From Trichoplax adhaerens (lineage: Eukaryota > Animalia > Placozoa), in NCBI RefSeq assembly GCF_000150275.1, contig NW_002060950.1, positions 1,352,106-1,416,105 of the forward strand: a stretch of DNA of 64,000 nt, read 5' to 3'. The notes beneath the pieces are model-generated. The model did not search any database, had not been told where the DNA came from, and worked only from the letters and a program-made list of their open reading frames with translations. Shown here piece by piece: positions 13,490 through 24,804 of this stretch (position 1 is its first letter; every line of letters starts with the position of its first letter). The translations under genes and the position numbers were made by a program.

Positions 13490-14449
13490 TTAATAACAAT
13501 TTGATGTTGGCGATGTTTGAGATCGATGGCAGCATAAGACTTCACAATAAGCTTCTTTACAGCGTCGATAAATGAAGGGATATAGCATAGGATTAATTGA
13601 ACTGTTTAAATCAATCATAAATGTCCCAACGAAGAATAATTCCGCTGGCGGTTTTATTCCACTCGGTATCAGTATTGCTGTTATTATAGAAAATGGCAGA
13701 TAGCATATCAAGAAATTTATGTACACAGCAAACATAATTTTCGTTACTTTCTTCTCTCTTGCAATTCGATTGTATTGGGCGGATGACAAACTACCCGACA
13801 TTCGTAGAATATCTTGTATTCTTCTAGAATGTCGATGCACTACAATGTAAATAAATGTATAGCAAATTATGGTGATGATCGTGGGTAAAAAGACGTCGAC
13901 AATAATAATATACCTAATATAAGAAGGTTGATAGCTCCAATCTATTGAGCATACATACTGATTTTGATGATAAATATATCGATTCCAACCAAATATCGGA
14001 CATAAACATACTAAAATGGTATAAAACCAGACGAAAGCAATAATACATAAAACTGCATGTCGAGTCATTCTTCTCCCTTTATGCTGGCAAATCACTAAAT
14101 ATCGGCAAACACTAATAGCCAAAAGTGTAAAAATAGTAACAGCACAACATATATTTCTCATAAAACCGAATAAGTTACAAGTGTGGTAATTGTATAACCA
14201 CTGACAGTTGAAATAACCAATAATTAATGCAAGTTCACGAAAGATAGTAGCGGTAATATCAACGATGGCCAGATTAACTAAAAAATAATTAATCGGTATG
14301 CGCATATACGGACACTTTGCAAAGATTACTAAAAAGATAAGGTTACCGAAAAAGCCAGTAATGAATAAAAGGCAGTATACACTTGATCTGATAATAGCAT
14401 TTCCTAGAGGTAAGTTAGAATTATTGACTATAGCATGATCATCAGCCAT
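13490..14449 (-). CDS. Class A 7TM GPCR, opsin-related without retinal lysine, GPCR-2 (319 aa, single coding exon)
   Basis: ATG start, N-terminal NNS sequon, TM1 GN, NLAIVD, CRY, PIFGWNRY...C.IDW, REKKVTK, CYLP, NSSINPMLY, C-terminal CC. Confidence 0.95.
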   Translation of the reverse strand: MADDHAIVNNSNLPLGNAIIRSSVYCLLFITGFFGNLIFLVIFAKCPYMRIPINYFLVNLAIVDITATIFRELALIIGYFNCQWLYNYHTCNLFGFMRNICCAVTIFTLLAISVCRYLVICQHKGRRMTRHAVLCIIAFVWFYTILVCLCPIFGWNRYIYHQNQYVCSIDWSYQPSYIRYIIIVDVFLPTIITIICYTFIYIVVHRHSRRIQDILRMSGSLSSAQYNRIAREKKVTKIMFAVYINFLICYLPFSIITAILIPSGIKPPAELFFVGTFMIDLNSSINPMLYPFIYRRCKEAYCEVLCCHRSQTSPTSNCY

Positions 14450-17400
14450 GGTTATTGATCAATTTGACTGGAGAATTTAGAAATTGGCTATTAGATAATC
14501 TGGTTAGTATCGGTTGATTATACTAACACATATGATGGTGATAAAACGTTTAAATTATTAGTGTAGGTCTTTTACCTCAACCATTAATTAAAGAAAAAAT
14601 ATCTAAAACTGTAATTGTCACGAAGAATTCTTCAATGCTAGCAATCCTAGTTCAAGCTACTGATGAAATGGTCATGGTATTTTGCTGAGTGAATGCATAT
14701 AGTCAATATAATTATTTAACAATGACAATAGTCCTGACTCTTACGGGAAGCTTCTTTGGCGGTTATTATTTTAAACTAGTAATTATAGCTGGCTTTTTTC
14801 GATAAGCCACTAGGTTAGATTTCCATTTACTTTAAACTATTCGATCTATCATATTTAGGCTAAATAAAGCATTTTACATTTAAATTCGATAATCTTGCAC
14901 ATAAGTTCGATGCGATGATCGATATGACCGCTGCACGAGATCAGTTCAGATATTTAAGAACCTGAATAAATCATTTGAGTTTATATCCTAAGCTACCTAC
15001 GCACTTAACAAATAAAAATTTATCCATATTTTGCATAGATACCTTAATTCTTGACTATAAGATGAATAAGCAAACAGGATGTTGCAGGATTTCGAGGAAA
15101 ACAATAACCGTATGCGCAATTAAATACTATGTAGTGCAATCTCAAGCTAACGAATTTACTCTATTTAATAATAAACAAAATCAAATATCGACTGTTCTGG
15201 CATAGAATTATTATGGTTAAATGCCACTACCTTGCAATGTGCAATATACAATGAGTTCAATCAGGGCGAATTTTCCTATTAAAACAAAGATCAATATCAT
15301 TTCTACTCTTAATATTTATTTGATAAATTAATTATTATATTGCAATTGTGGGTTATAAAATAAGAAAATAGTTTATCATTAGTGAGCTTGCAAACAAAGC
15401 TGTAACGATTTAAACTATGGCATTTATAGTTTACAGAAAATTCAATAAACACATTTACTCACTAAAATATTTTAAATGTTTAAATATTAGTTTGGCTTCA
15501 ATCTTTGCCATCCAATTATATATTTTAGCGAAACTCGTTTGAGCAAAGATAAAAATGTTGACATGTTTATATTTAAGATAAACTATTCTATTTTTACGAT
15601 ACTATGATGGCAAAAAATAAGAGTATTTGCTCACACAGAGCATGAGCACAGTAATATTAATTATTAGACTAAATCCTCCACTAAAAAATATGTTTGCTTT
15701 TGCTTTTTTTCTATTACATGCTGTAAATTTGGCGAACTTTCACATGTTGGATGACTTCAGCATGTAAGGTGCCATGGAGGAACGTAACTTAAACGGTACT
15801 AATTTCTCTAAAATAGTATTATATCCAAGGTAGCATCAATCGAAATACCATAGCCGTAGACACCTGAAATATTGCAGACTATCAAGATAATCGCTTTACT
15901 AATCTTTAATTCGCAAACTCAGATATTAATATTAACGTAGCATTTAGCATATCATCTAGCATTAGTAGAAGCAAATAGCCATTTTTCCTTCGCCAATTTG
16001 TAGTGTTACCATGCGGCATCAATTTTTAACTTCAGAAGTTACACTATTAGTAACCGCTATCTGACAATAATTAATTGTCGAAGTCGAGCTGAAACTATTA
16101 TTTTCAATGTCGTTACATATGCTTTAGGTTCATCAATTTAAAAAGATTTTGCTTAAATATACCGTACACGGCCGGCCTTTTACCGGTAGCTATAAAATGA
16201 TATCAGAAATGGCGCTCTGCAGTTTAGACTTTATACATCATTTAGAAGCTTTCAAGTTACACTTCAATTTAGAAACACTGAAAAGATACTCATATAGTAT
16301 AATTATTGAGATCTACGTATCGAAAAACTTAAGTCCTCGAGATAGATACGATTAAATGCTTTTCTACTTGAATCTATAAGTGACATTTCTTGTTAGAAAG
16401 GATACTCTTGGAATTGGCGTATAACATATTAAAGCGGAATACATAATATGGCTATAATGCTGTCGAAAATTAAATAATGTCTACTTCAAATCTTTTACTT
16501 CGCAATACAATTTTTCTTAACTGTAGGATCATAGTCATTTCCGTTGATTCTATTGCTATCTCAGCTAGTTATTTAGAAAAAGCATGCCTATCAACTTTGT
16601 CGACAGCCAACGTTTTCAAATGCTAAATAATAGAATCTTATAATATTGCTACTTTACCTATAAAATAAGTGAAAATGATTATTGTATCATTCTATGCAAA
16701 GACAAATTAAAAGCTAACATCAATCAATATCTACGAAGCGACTGATTAAGTACTCACCCTAATGTAGGCAGAATTTTTCATCTTTATGTATCATTTAATT
16801 ACCATTTATGCACCATGCAGCTGCACATTAACTCAAAATCAATAAAAATTTCTATTATCATTAGCGATAAAATTAATTCTTTCGAAAATATTGAAGTTTC
16901 AGCAACACTTTGGGAACCATAATGATTGTTCAGTAAATAATATTTATTTATGCAATTTATTATAAAATCGTACACATGGGCATAAATATTTCGCTACTAT
17001 TAGCAGATGCATTCAATAGGAATAAATGTCAAAATATATATTTTATCTCAAAGAACATGCTTACTGCAGTTAAACATCTTGTACTGATTATAATTAAAGT
17101 CCCTTAGATATGCTCTATAAAATTATTATTGATTCTACTACAGCTCGAAAACAAAATTTGCTTTATCTTAATATTTATTTTTAAGAAATCTTGATTTAGT
17201 ATGAATTAGATATAAGAAGATGGAATGGCTAACGATATCTAAGGACAGCAACCTTAGTGCAATGCACCAATAGTTAAAAGATATTATGGAGAGAAGTAGA
17301 AGCCGTGTAACTATTTGTGATTACAGAAATATAATTACATTCTTAATGGGATTACATTTAGTTCTTGAACTCCCATATAATATGTATACTATACTTGATT

Positions 17401-20254
17401 ATAATGAGACGAAACATTTATTTATAAACTCGAATCATAAAGCTAATTTAAAGCAGACCCATAAAGCATTAATTACGAGTAAGCTGTGTGACATGATAAT
17501 AGACATTCGGAAATTTGCAATTGATAATAAGCCTAACAAGACTCACGGATTGAAGGTCACACAGCAGAGAAAAGGAGATTATTGATAGAAATAATACGAT
17601 CAATATTTATCTAAAGTTCTAATCTAAGATTATCATTTATTCTACTTCAACAATTAAATGCGATATTATTACCTTGAGATCTCTTAAATTGATTGCAACT
17701 ATTAATTTTATCCTAGTAACCTTTCGTTATAGAAAAGAATTTATTAACTACAATTTAAAAAAAATATTATTACCGTCCGATGTATGCCATCTTTAAAAAT
17801 TAGTCTTTTCGTTTGCCATCTAATCGTAGGATATCAAATATTTTCAAGCCTATAAGTTGAAAGGAATTGGCGTTAGTATTTATTTTCGTCTAAAACACCC
17901 GGTAAAAATTCGGTATTACAGTATTACTCTAAATAGAACGTTCGATCTGTATTGTTGGCGAGAGAATAATCACAATTTGAAGGTGCTTCGAATTTTAATC
18001 ACTCTTAGTTAAATAATATTTTTATTTATAGATGCGCAAATTCAATAGCTGCCTAATTTAATAACGACGAATCCCCATAAGCTAATGCAATTAATAATGC
18101 CAGGTGTTTTCAATATCTATAGCATTGCATCCAATATTGTAGTATTCCAGTTAATAATTTATTAAATATCTTTGGTAAATATAGCAACATCCGATATTGA
18201 AATATTTTAGCGTTATTGCTTTGTCTCGAAGATTTTAATTCTAATACGATCATATTAAAGTTCCTTAATCCTATTACCAAGTTAGCACTAATTTCAGTAC
18301 ATTATTAAATAAATCCTATTTTGATTCTTTTATGAATCTGAGTCTAAAATATTTGGATAAAATTAATAACTTGCCTTGCTGCTGTTCGTTTCTAGTAACT
18401 AGTAGAATTTAACATTTTGATTTGAAATTTGGTTAATTTAAACCTTTCAAATATGCCTATAATTCCGTTCGCTATATTCAGCTATTTAATCTAATTTTAA
18501 GATAAAGAAATATATTATACAACAGTCAATGAACAACTTTAAAAAGCATTATTGCCTAATGTATTAAGCGTGTAGTCAAATATAAATAAAGTACGGTATA
18601 CAGATACACATAAATTCTTCATTTATGCTTTAGTGCTAAAATCTAAACCTGAGCCCATCATTCAAGACTACGATATAATAGTGAATAATTAATCAAACAA
18701 TAAAGTTCAATCTAGATCTTATTTACTTCAAGTCATCAGTATTAATCTAATTTACTTTAAGGATCAAACTTGAGTGGTTTGCATGATCTGTACAGCTAAT
18801 AAAGTTCTCTATTGAACATAGGTGATTTAGGTACTCACCCTAGCGGGAGCTCATTAGTCTTCTCATAATACATATTATATATGTAATCAGTATTTAGAGT
18901 ATTTTACTGGTATATAAACGCACGTCGGCAAGTATATATTCTACAACTCATCCATGAAAGGTTACTCTTTCCAATATTTAGACAACATAATCGCTAACAG
19001 TTGTCAGATTCCAAAATTTAAAATCTGTTTACATAAGCCGTTTAAGGATTTTAATTCCCTTACAGAAACTCTGATTCTAACAGTATAGTGCATATAAAAT
19101 TTTACATCAATAAAATCTACATAAGTCTACATCCAGGAACAGATTAATTCTACTCGGTAGACTACCTACATAAGAATACCACAATCGAATTAATAACGTA
19201 TTTGCTGCAGCATCAACTTACTACTCTAGTACTAACATAATGCGGCAGTCTTAGTTGACCATTAAACATGAATAGCTTTGACGGTACAAATTTCTAATTA
19301 CCTATGTGAAAGGTCAAAGATGGAGAAATTCGCTGAATATTCTAAAACTCTATATGATATGTACTATTTCTATCGTTACTATGGAATGCCCACTCAATAA
19401 ATCACCTCGCTAGTTAGAAGATAAAAACAGTTTATTACTTGATTTTATGATTGAATATCACAGTAACAGACTTAGACTACGTAATCTATACACTGCTTGA
19501 TCTCAAGCTGAACTTTCTGCTACATAGAGGTGCCGTATAATCTCATTTGAGTCTACAGCCATCGGCTCTATATTACCCACTAATACACCCAACTATTTCT
19601 AATGCCTAAATCAAGTATCTTTGACGCCCTAATTTCCAATGGACTGGTGGCGTCATCTTGCTGTTTGTAGTCGGGAATTACCATAGAACATATTTTTCTA
19701 CACCCTAATATCATAAATCACAGAAATATGTGCCCTGAAAAGTGCGCCTAAACATTTTATAGAACTAGCCTATATAACTGAATGAATGAAGCTATCTTTT
19801 AAAATTACCACCTGTCGTCAAATCTATTACTGATCCAAGAATAAAACTTAAGATCTAGCAAAATTTAATGCTAAATCATATTTTTATACAATCCAGTCCT
19901 TATGATTATGTACTGGGTTTTTTCGTGTTTTAAATTAGATCTATAACATGGCAGCAACCATAACAAACAAAACGACTGGATTTGAAGATAAAAGTATGAT
20001 TCCGTCATCTGCATAGTTTACAGGTTTATTATGCTGTATGGTGCTCATGAGCTACTTAGCCAAGTCAGATATATATATATATAGAATAGGTAGGATTAAT
20101 GTCATCATTATATCTAAAATATTATTTTACTCTTCCTTTAAGGATGGAAAAGATTATTAGGAATAGCATATCAAACCGTTTTACCGTAAATAATCACAAG
20201 ATTCCTTCGTTTACTTATTTTACAAGTTTATTATACTTTATAATACGCACTACA

Positions 20255-20725
20255 AGTTACTTAGCTAATTCAAGCACATATGTAGAATAAATATCGCCAA
20301 TATTACTAAAATATTGTTTTATGCTTTGTATAAGCATAGATAATGCAATTAGGATGATCAAATCGAACATATTTGCAGGAAAATGTTCGCCGGATTCCTT
20401 TTTCTACGTAATTCATGAGATTATTGTGCTGTATGATGCTCGAAACATGTTACTTAGCTAATTTAGGCACGTATCCAAAGTATCCCTAGCCAAAATAATT
20501 AAGAATACAATATCAAACATATTTACAGGAAAATACTCACAAGATTCCTTTATCTACTTAGTTCATGAATTTATTAAGCTATGTAATGCTCTTAACAAAT
20601 TGCATACCTATTTCAGGCACATATGTAAAATTTATTAAGATTAATATCAGTACTGCTGCTAAAATATTATTCTATGCTTTTTGATGGGCATGGAAAGCAT
20701 AATTAGAAATAATATATCAGATACA
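20255..20725 (+). repeat. Degenerate tandem repeat, about 150-195 bp unit, about 2.5 copies
   Basis: Recurring gttacttagctaatt.a.gcac, aacatattt.caggaaaat, gattccttt.tctac.ta.ttcatga and ctaaaatatt.tt.tatgcttt. Confidence 0.75.
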
Positions 20726-23700
20726 TGCGCAAATTAATACAAATTACTGTGCCACAGAATCGCATTATGCTAGTATAACGCACACATGTATTAATTACTC
20801 TGTGCTATATGAAATAAATCTCAATGCACTAAATTCAAAGTTCTAAAGTATCCAAAGTTTACTTGTAATGTAAATCCTTTCAAACAAATAATACGGTAAA
20901 ATGTGGAAATATATTGATAAGAATACAGGATAAAGAGGTCAAATATCAAATACGTTACTGAGAGGTTAATTATTCTAGCACTTAACAATATTAGAAATAT
21001 ATCTGTATAAGACGTAGTGAGCAAACAAAATTTCTAAGACTAAAATAAACTTTCCATAGCAAAGATACGTACATATCTCCTCAGTCATACCTTATTCAGG
21101 TGAAGACAAGATTGTTTTCCTGGTAAAGATCAATTTATCAATTATATCCACCTATTTTGATCTTTTATCAGTATTATGGAAGTTATAGCTTTGCAGAATT
21201 TAGTTTCGTGGCAATTCAATCTAATCGGCTTTTACAGTGACCTGACGTCGTTTCTTACAAATTGTGATACAATAGCTAGACAAATGAAATAATTTGCCGT
21301 CAAATAACGTCACGATATTCTATTTAATAAATTAATTTTAATTTAGGAAGACAGATGCAGACTATGCTAACTACTGCCATCGTTAGACACAAATAATTGC
21401 TGTACTATGGGTCTATTCAGCTATAGACTATCATGATTTTAAATACAAGAGAATTTATCCAACAATTGCTAATAGCACCATCATGAGTAGGTGTCTGCTT
21501 AATTATCACGTCTGCGCGTACAGTGTTTCCCGATAGATAAAATAGAAATAAAAATCATGCTATCTTCAAATTCAGCAGCTGCAGCTTTTCATAGTTGTTG
21601 TACTGAATAAAATGAAGATCTTTGCCTTGTATCATTAGCTTACGCATTCAACGATTGTTTCAAGATTCAGGTATCGATTAATTATTTGCCTTTAGCACCA
21701 CTGAATGTTAATTCTGATAAATAAACTATTTTAATCACAACGCCTACGCCAAAGCGATAATTCCAGCTCAATTGAACCGACGTAGCAAATAAGCACCGTA
21801 ATAATAGAATTATTCAAATTTTCAATTACTGATTTCCTTATTATTTTCGCTTGCAATATCCTGTTCTGTACTAAAACATTTTATATTCACGATACCTTCT
21901 TGCCAAAAATTTTAAGAAGAAATTTGTCACGGCACTATTCGGTTAGCATATGCATTTACGCAACAATGATTTAAATGTTAGCATAACATTAAAAATTCAA
22001 GAACCGAATCAATACGGTAACTTTTATAATTATAATCATTGATTCGCTAACGGAAAAAAATTATTATCGCAATTTGGATGCTATCATTCAACTTTCCAAC
22101 TTAACACGCAATTCATCAGTTAAGACTTTGATTATCTGATTTAGGAAAGCAGCCGTGTTATTTCTTAAGGAAAACTAGAGTTTAGCAATATAATACTAGC
22201 TTTTTATTCTCATTTACCGGTTCATTCTTGTACCGTTGTACGTTACTTAGTCCTAGACCTCCAGAAAAGTATGATGTTTCCTGATAACAGCGTTGATGGA
22301 TCACAGCTAGCCTGAACTGACTGTGAAATCAATTTGATGACAATCAGAGATGAGTTGTTCAATCAGTACTAAATACGGACCAGGAAAGTATGCAAAATTT
22401 ACAGAATAAACATATAATTTCAAATCTTATGCTTATATATAGGCAGACAAAAGGATTAGAAGCAAATCACTAATTAGTTTAGTAAATCTTGTTAAGTAAA
22501 ATTAACAGCTGAAGCCCATATATATCCGTAACAAAAACAATAAGAAATCATTTACCGATCTTTACGGAATCGGTATACATCAAATCCGGTTATTGTAGTA
22601 TCAGCTTATTTATTGCAAAATATATAAAATATTTTCCAAAAGTATATTAAAGTAGGTTTTAAAGTAGGACTGACTTTATGTATTATGAAAATTTCTGAAA
22701 TACTTCTGAGTTCATTTCCAAGGCAAATTTGAATCTCTGTAGTAGAGTTAATCGAGCTTTATTCTTAGTCTTAATCTTATCTTGGTTATACCTATCTTAT
22801 AATATATCACTTTTTGGAAACGCTTTTACCTAAGTGTATATGTGGTAAGCTAGCATCTTTTGGACTATTCTGCTTGATTTTCAAATCTTATTACCAGATC
22901 TTTCTATACCATGTACTTATTATCAAAATTCATCGACGAGTATGCTTATAATAATGATTTATTTTAGATCTTCAAATATATCCTATTCTAACTACTTGCG
23001 TACTAGTTTTATATTTTGAGCAAATTCAACTCCATTTTCTTCTATTTTAACATGTTCTAAGTATCAAGGTGAATGGCAATCTTACTATAGATGGGTAGTG
23101 GTAAGGAAAAAAGAGTTTGCTCACCCTTTAAGCGGGAATAATTTTATCCTTGCCTACGTTAGTGTTATAACGTTATAGTTATCCTTTTTCATCTTGCGAT
23201 AATTTGGTTTTTGCTTTATTGATTCTTTGGCACTACAGACTGGCATATTAATTATGATACAAGATCAATATAAGACTCCACTACGTTAGCATTTAATAAT
23301 GAATGAACAAATTAATCGCCTTTATGATCATTTAGTCTAATCTATCGTTCAGTTTTATTATCATAGTTTTGTTAGAGGATAGAATTTTAATGTTAGTACC
23401 CGCTCACACTTTAGATTAGGAGAAAAAGTTATCATAGTATGTGATTGAAGTTATAATAATTATACATCGATTTCACAAATCTTCTATAACTTCTGGTTTT
23501 TACATTCATTAGGTTATCGGTCTGTTTATTCGTATTTCTTTCTTGAACGATTTTCACAAATAGAACTTTAATTATAAAATGTAAGGCTGTTTTTTTTTCG
23601 TGTACTCGCATACATCATTTTATACTTTTATCATAAATCATAACTTACCATAGTTTTGATATCCTTAACCGTTTACACAATAGCAGACTTGACTTCAATA

Positions 23701-23733
23701 ATTTTAACATTTTTCAGGTATCCATCGGATGAC

Positions 23734-24804
23734 ATGATCGGAAATCATACATCACATGAAACATCAAATATGGATAGTAGCTATATCTCCAGTGGCCAAA
23801 TATCCCTATCCGTTAGCATCTATCTTATATTAACAGCTAGCACTGTCGTTGGCAATATCGTCGTCTTATACACCTTTTATCTATATCCCTATCTACGTGT
23901 TCCCAGCAATTTATTCATTATTAATTTAGCTATAACAGACATTCTTAACGCTATGGGTCGCAATAATTTCGTATTGATCGGCTTAATAATGGGTCCAGAA
24001 CCGTATACCCATCTCTTTTGCAATATAAGTGGCTTTATTAACAGTTTAGGCCATGTTGTTATGACAGCAACTCTAGCTGCTACTGCAATATGTCGTTACT
24101 TAGTCATTGTTCGCTCATATGCAAGAAAAATTACCACTACAGTTGTCCGTCGTATCATTTTAACAACTTGGTGCTATGCTATCCTCAATTGCTCGATGCC
24201 ATGGCTTGGCTGGAGCCGTTATACCTATCATCCCTTTGAATTTACTTGTTTACCTGATTGGCACGATGAGAATAATTTTAGTTACATTATATTTGTATTC
24301 ATCATTGATTCTGTTATTCCATGCATTTTATTAATTGCGTGCTACTGGCGTATCTATGCCTTTATATCAGCTAATGCTAATCGAATGCTAATTCATATTA
24401 GACAGTCATCACTGAAAGCACGTCGTCATCTACCACTGCGTATCATGATAAAGAATGAAATTAAAATCACTAAAGTTTTATTTATTATATGCGTCCTTTT
24501 CATGATTTGTATCTTACCTTATAGTATCGTTATTTTCATATTAATACCGTGTAATGTTGATGTTTCCCCCTACGTCGTCTTTTACTGTGGTGTCTTGATC
24601 AATTTAAATGGTTCGCTGAATCCTGTTCTTTATGCTGCTATTTATCCTAAGTTGCGTAAAATTTATCGTCGACTAGGTTGTTATTTATGCCACTATGCAA
24701 CAAAAATACATCAGGAGAGTAGTCGTCGTCGAATTGTCGCCTATCCTCTAAATGACAGTAATCGAATTAAAATTGAAGAGACAAAAGTAACAACCATTGA
24801 ATAA
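23734..24804 (+). CDS. Class A 7TM GPCR, opsin-related without retinal lysine, GPCR-3 (about 356 aa from first ATG)
   Basis: Track start 23656 is TTG; first ATG is 23734 (MIGNHTS, sequon), just after a tttttcag acceptor-like site ending 23717. Motifs GN, NLAITD, CRY, PWLGWSRY..TCLPDW, EIKITK, CILP, NGSLNPVLY. Confidence 0.94.
   Translation: MIGNHTSHETSNMDSSYISSGQISLSVSIYLILTASTVVGNIVVLYTFYLYPYLRVPSNLFIINLAITDILNAMGRNNFVLIGLIMGPEPYTHLFCNISGFINSLGHVVMTATLAATAICRYLVIVRSYARKITTTVVRRIILTTWCYAILNCSMPWLGWSRYTYHPFEFTCLPDWHDENNFSYIIFVFIIDSVIPCILLIACYWRIYAFISANANRMLIHIRQSSLKARRHLPLRIMIKNEIKITKVLFIICVLFMICILPYSIVIFILIPCNVDVSPYVVFYCGVLINLNGSLNPVLYAAIYPKLRKIYRRLGCYLCHYATKIHQESSRRRIVAYPLNDSNRIKIEETKVTTIE

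Noticed and set aside
14975-21024. Short ORFs between GPCR-2 and GPCR-3
   Set aside because: No domain similarity or convincing splice structure; several use non-ATG starts
271-24804. Bona fide visual opsins
   Set aside because: No Lys at the 296 equivalent and no E113/E181 counterion in any of the three
271-24804. Melatonin receptor (MTNR1) gene symbol
   Set aside because: They lack the NRY and NAxxY signatures; orthology cannot be shown without a phylogeny
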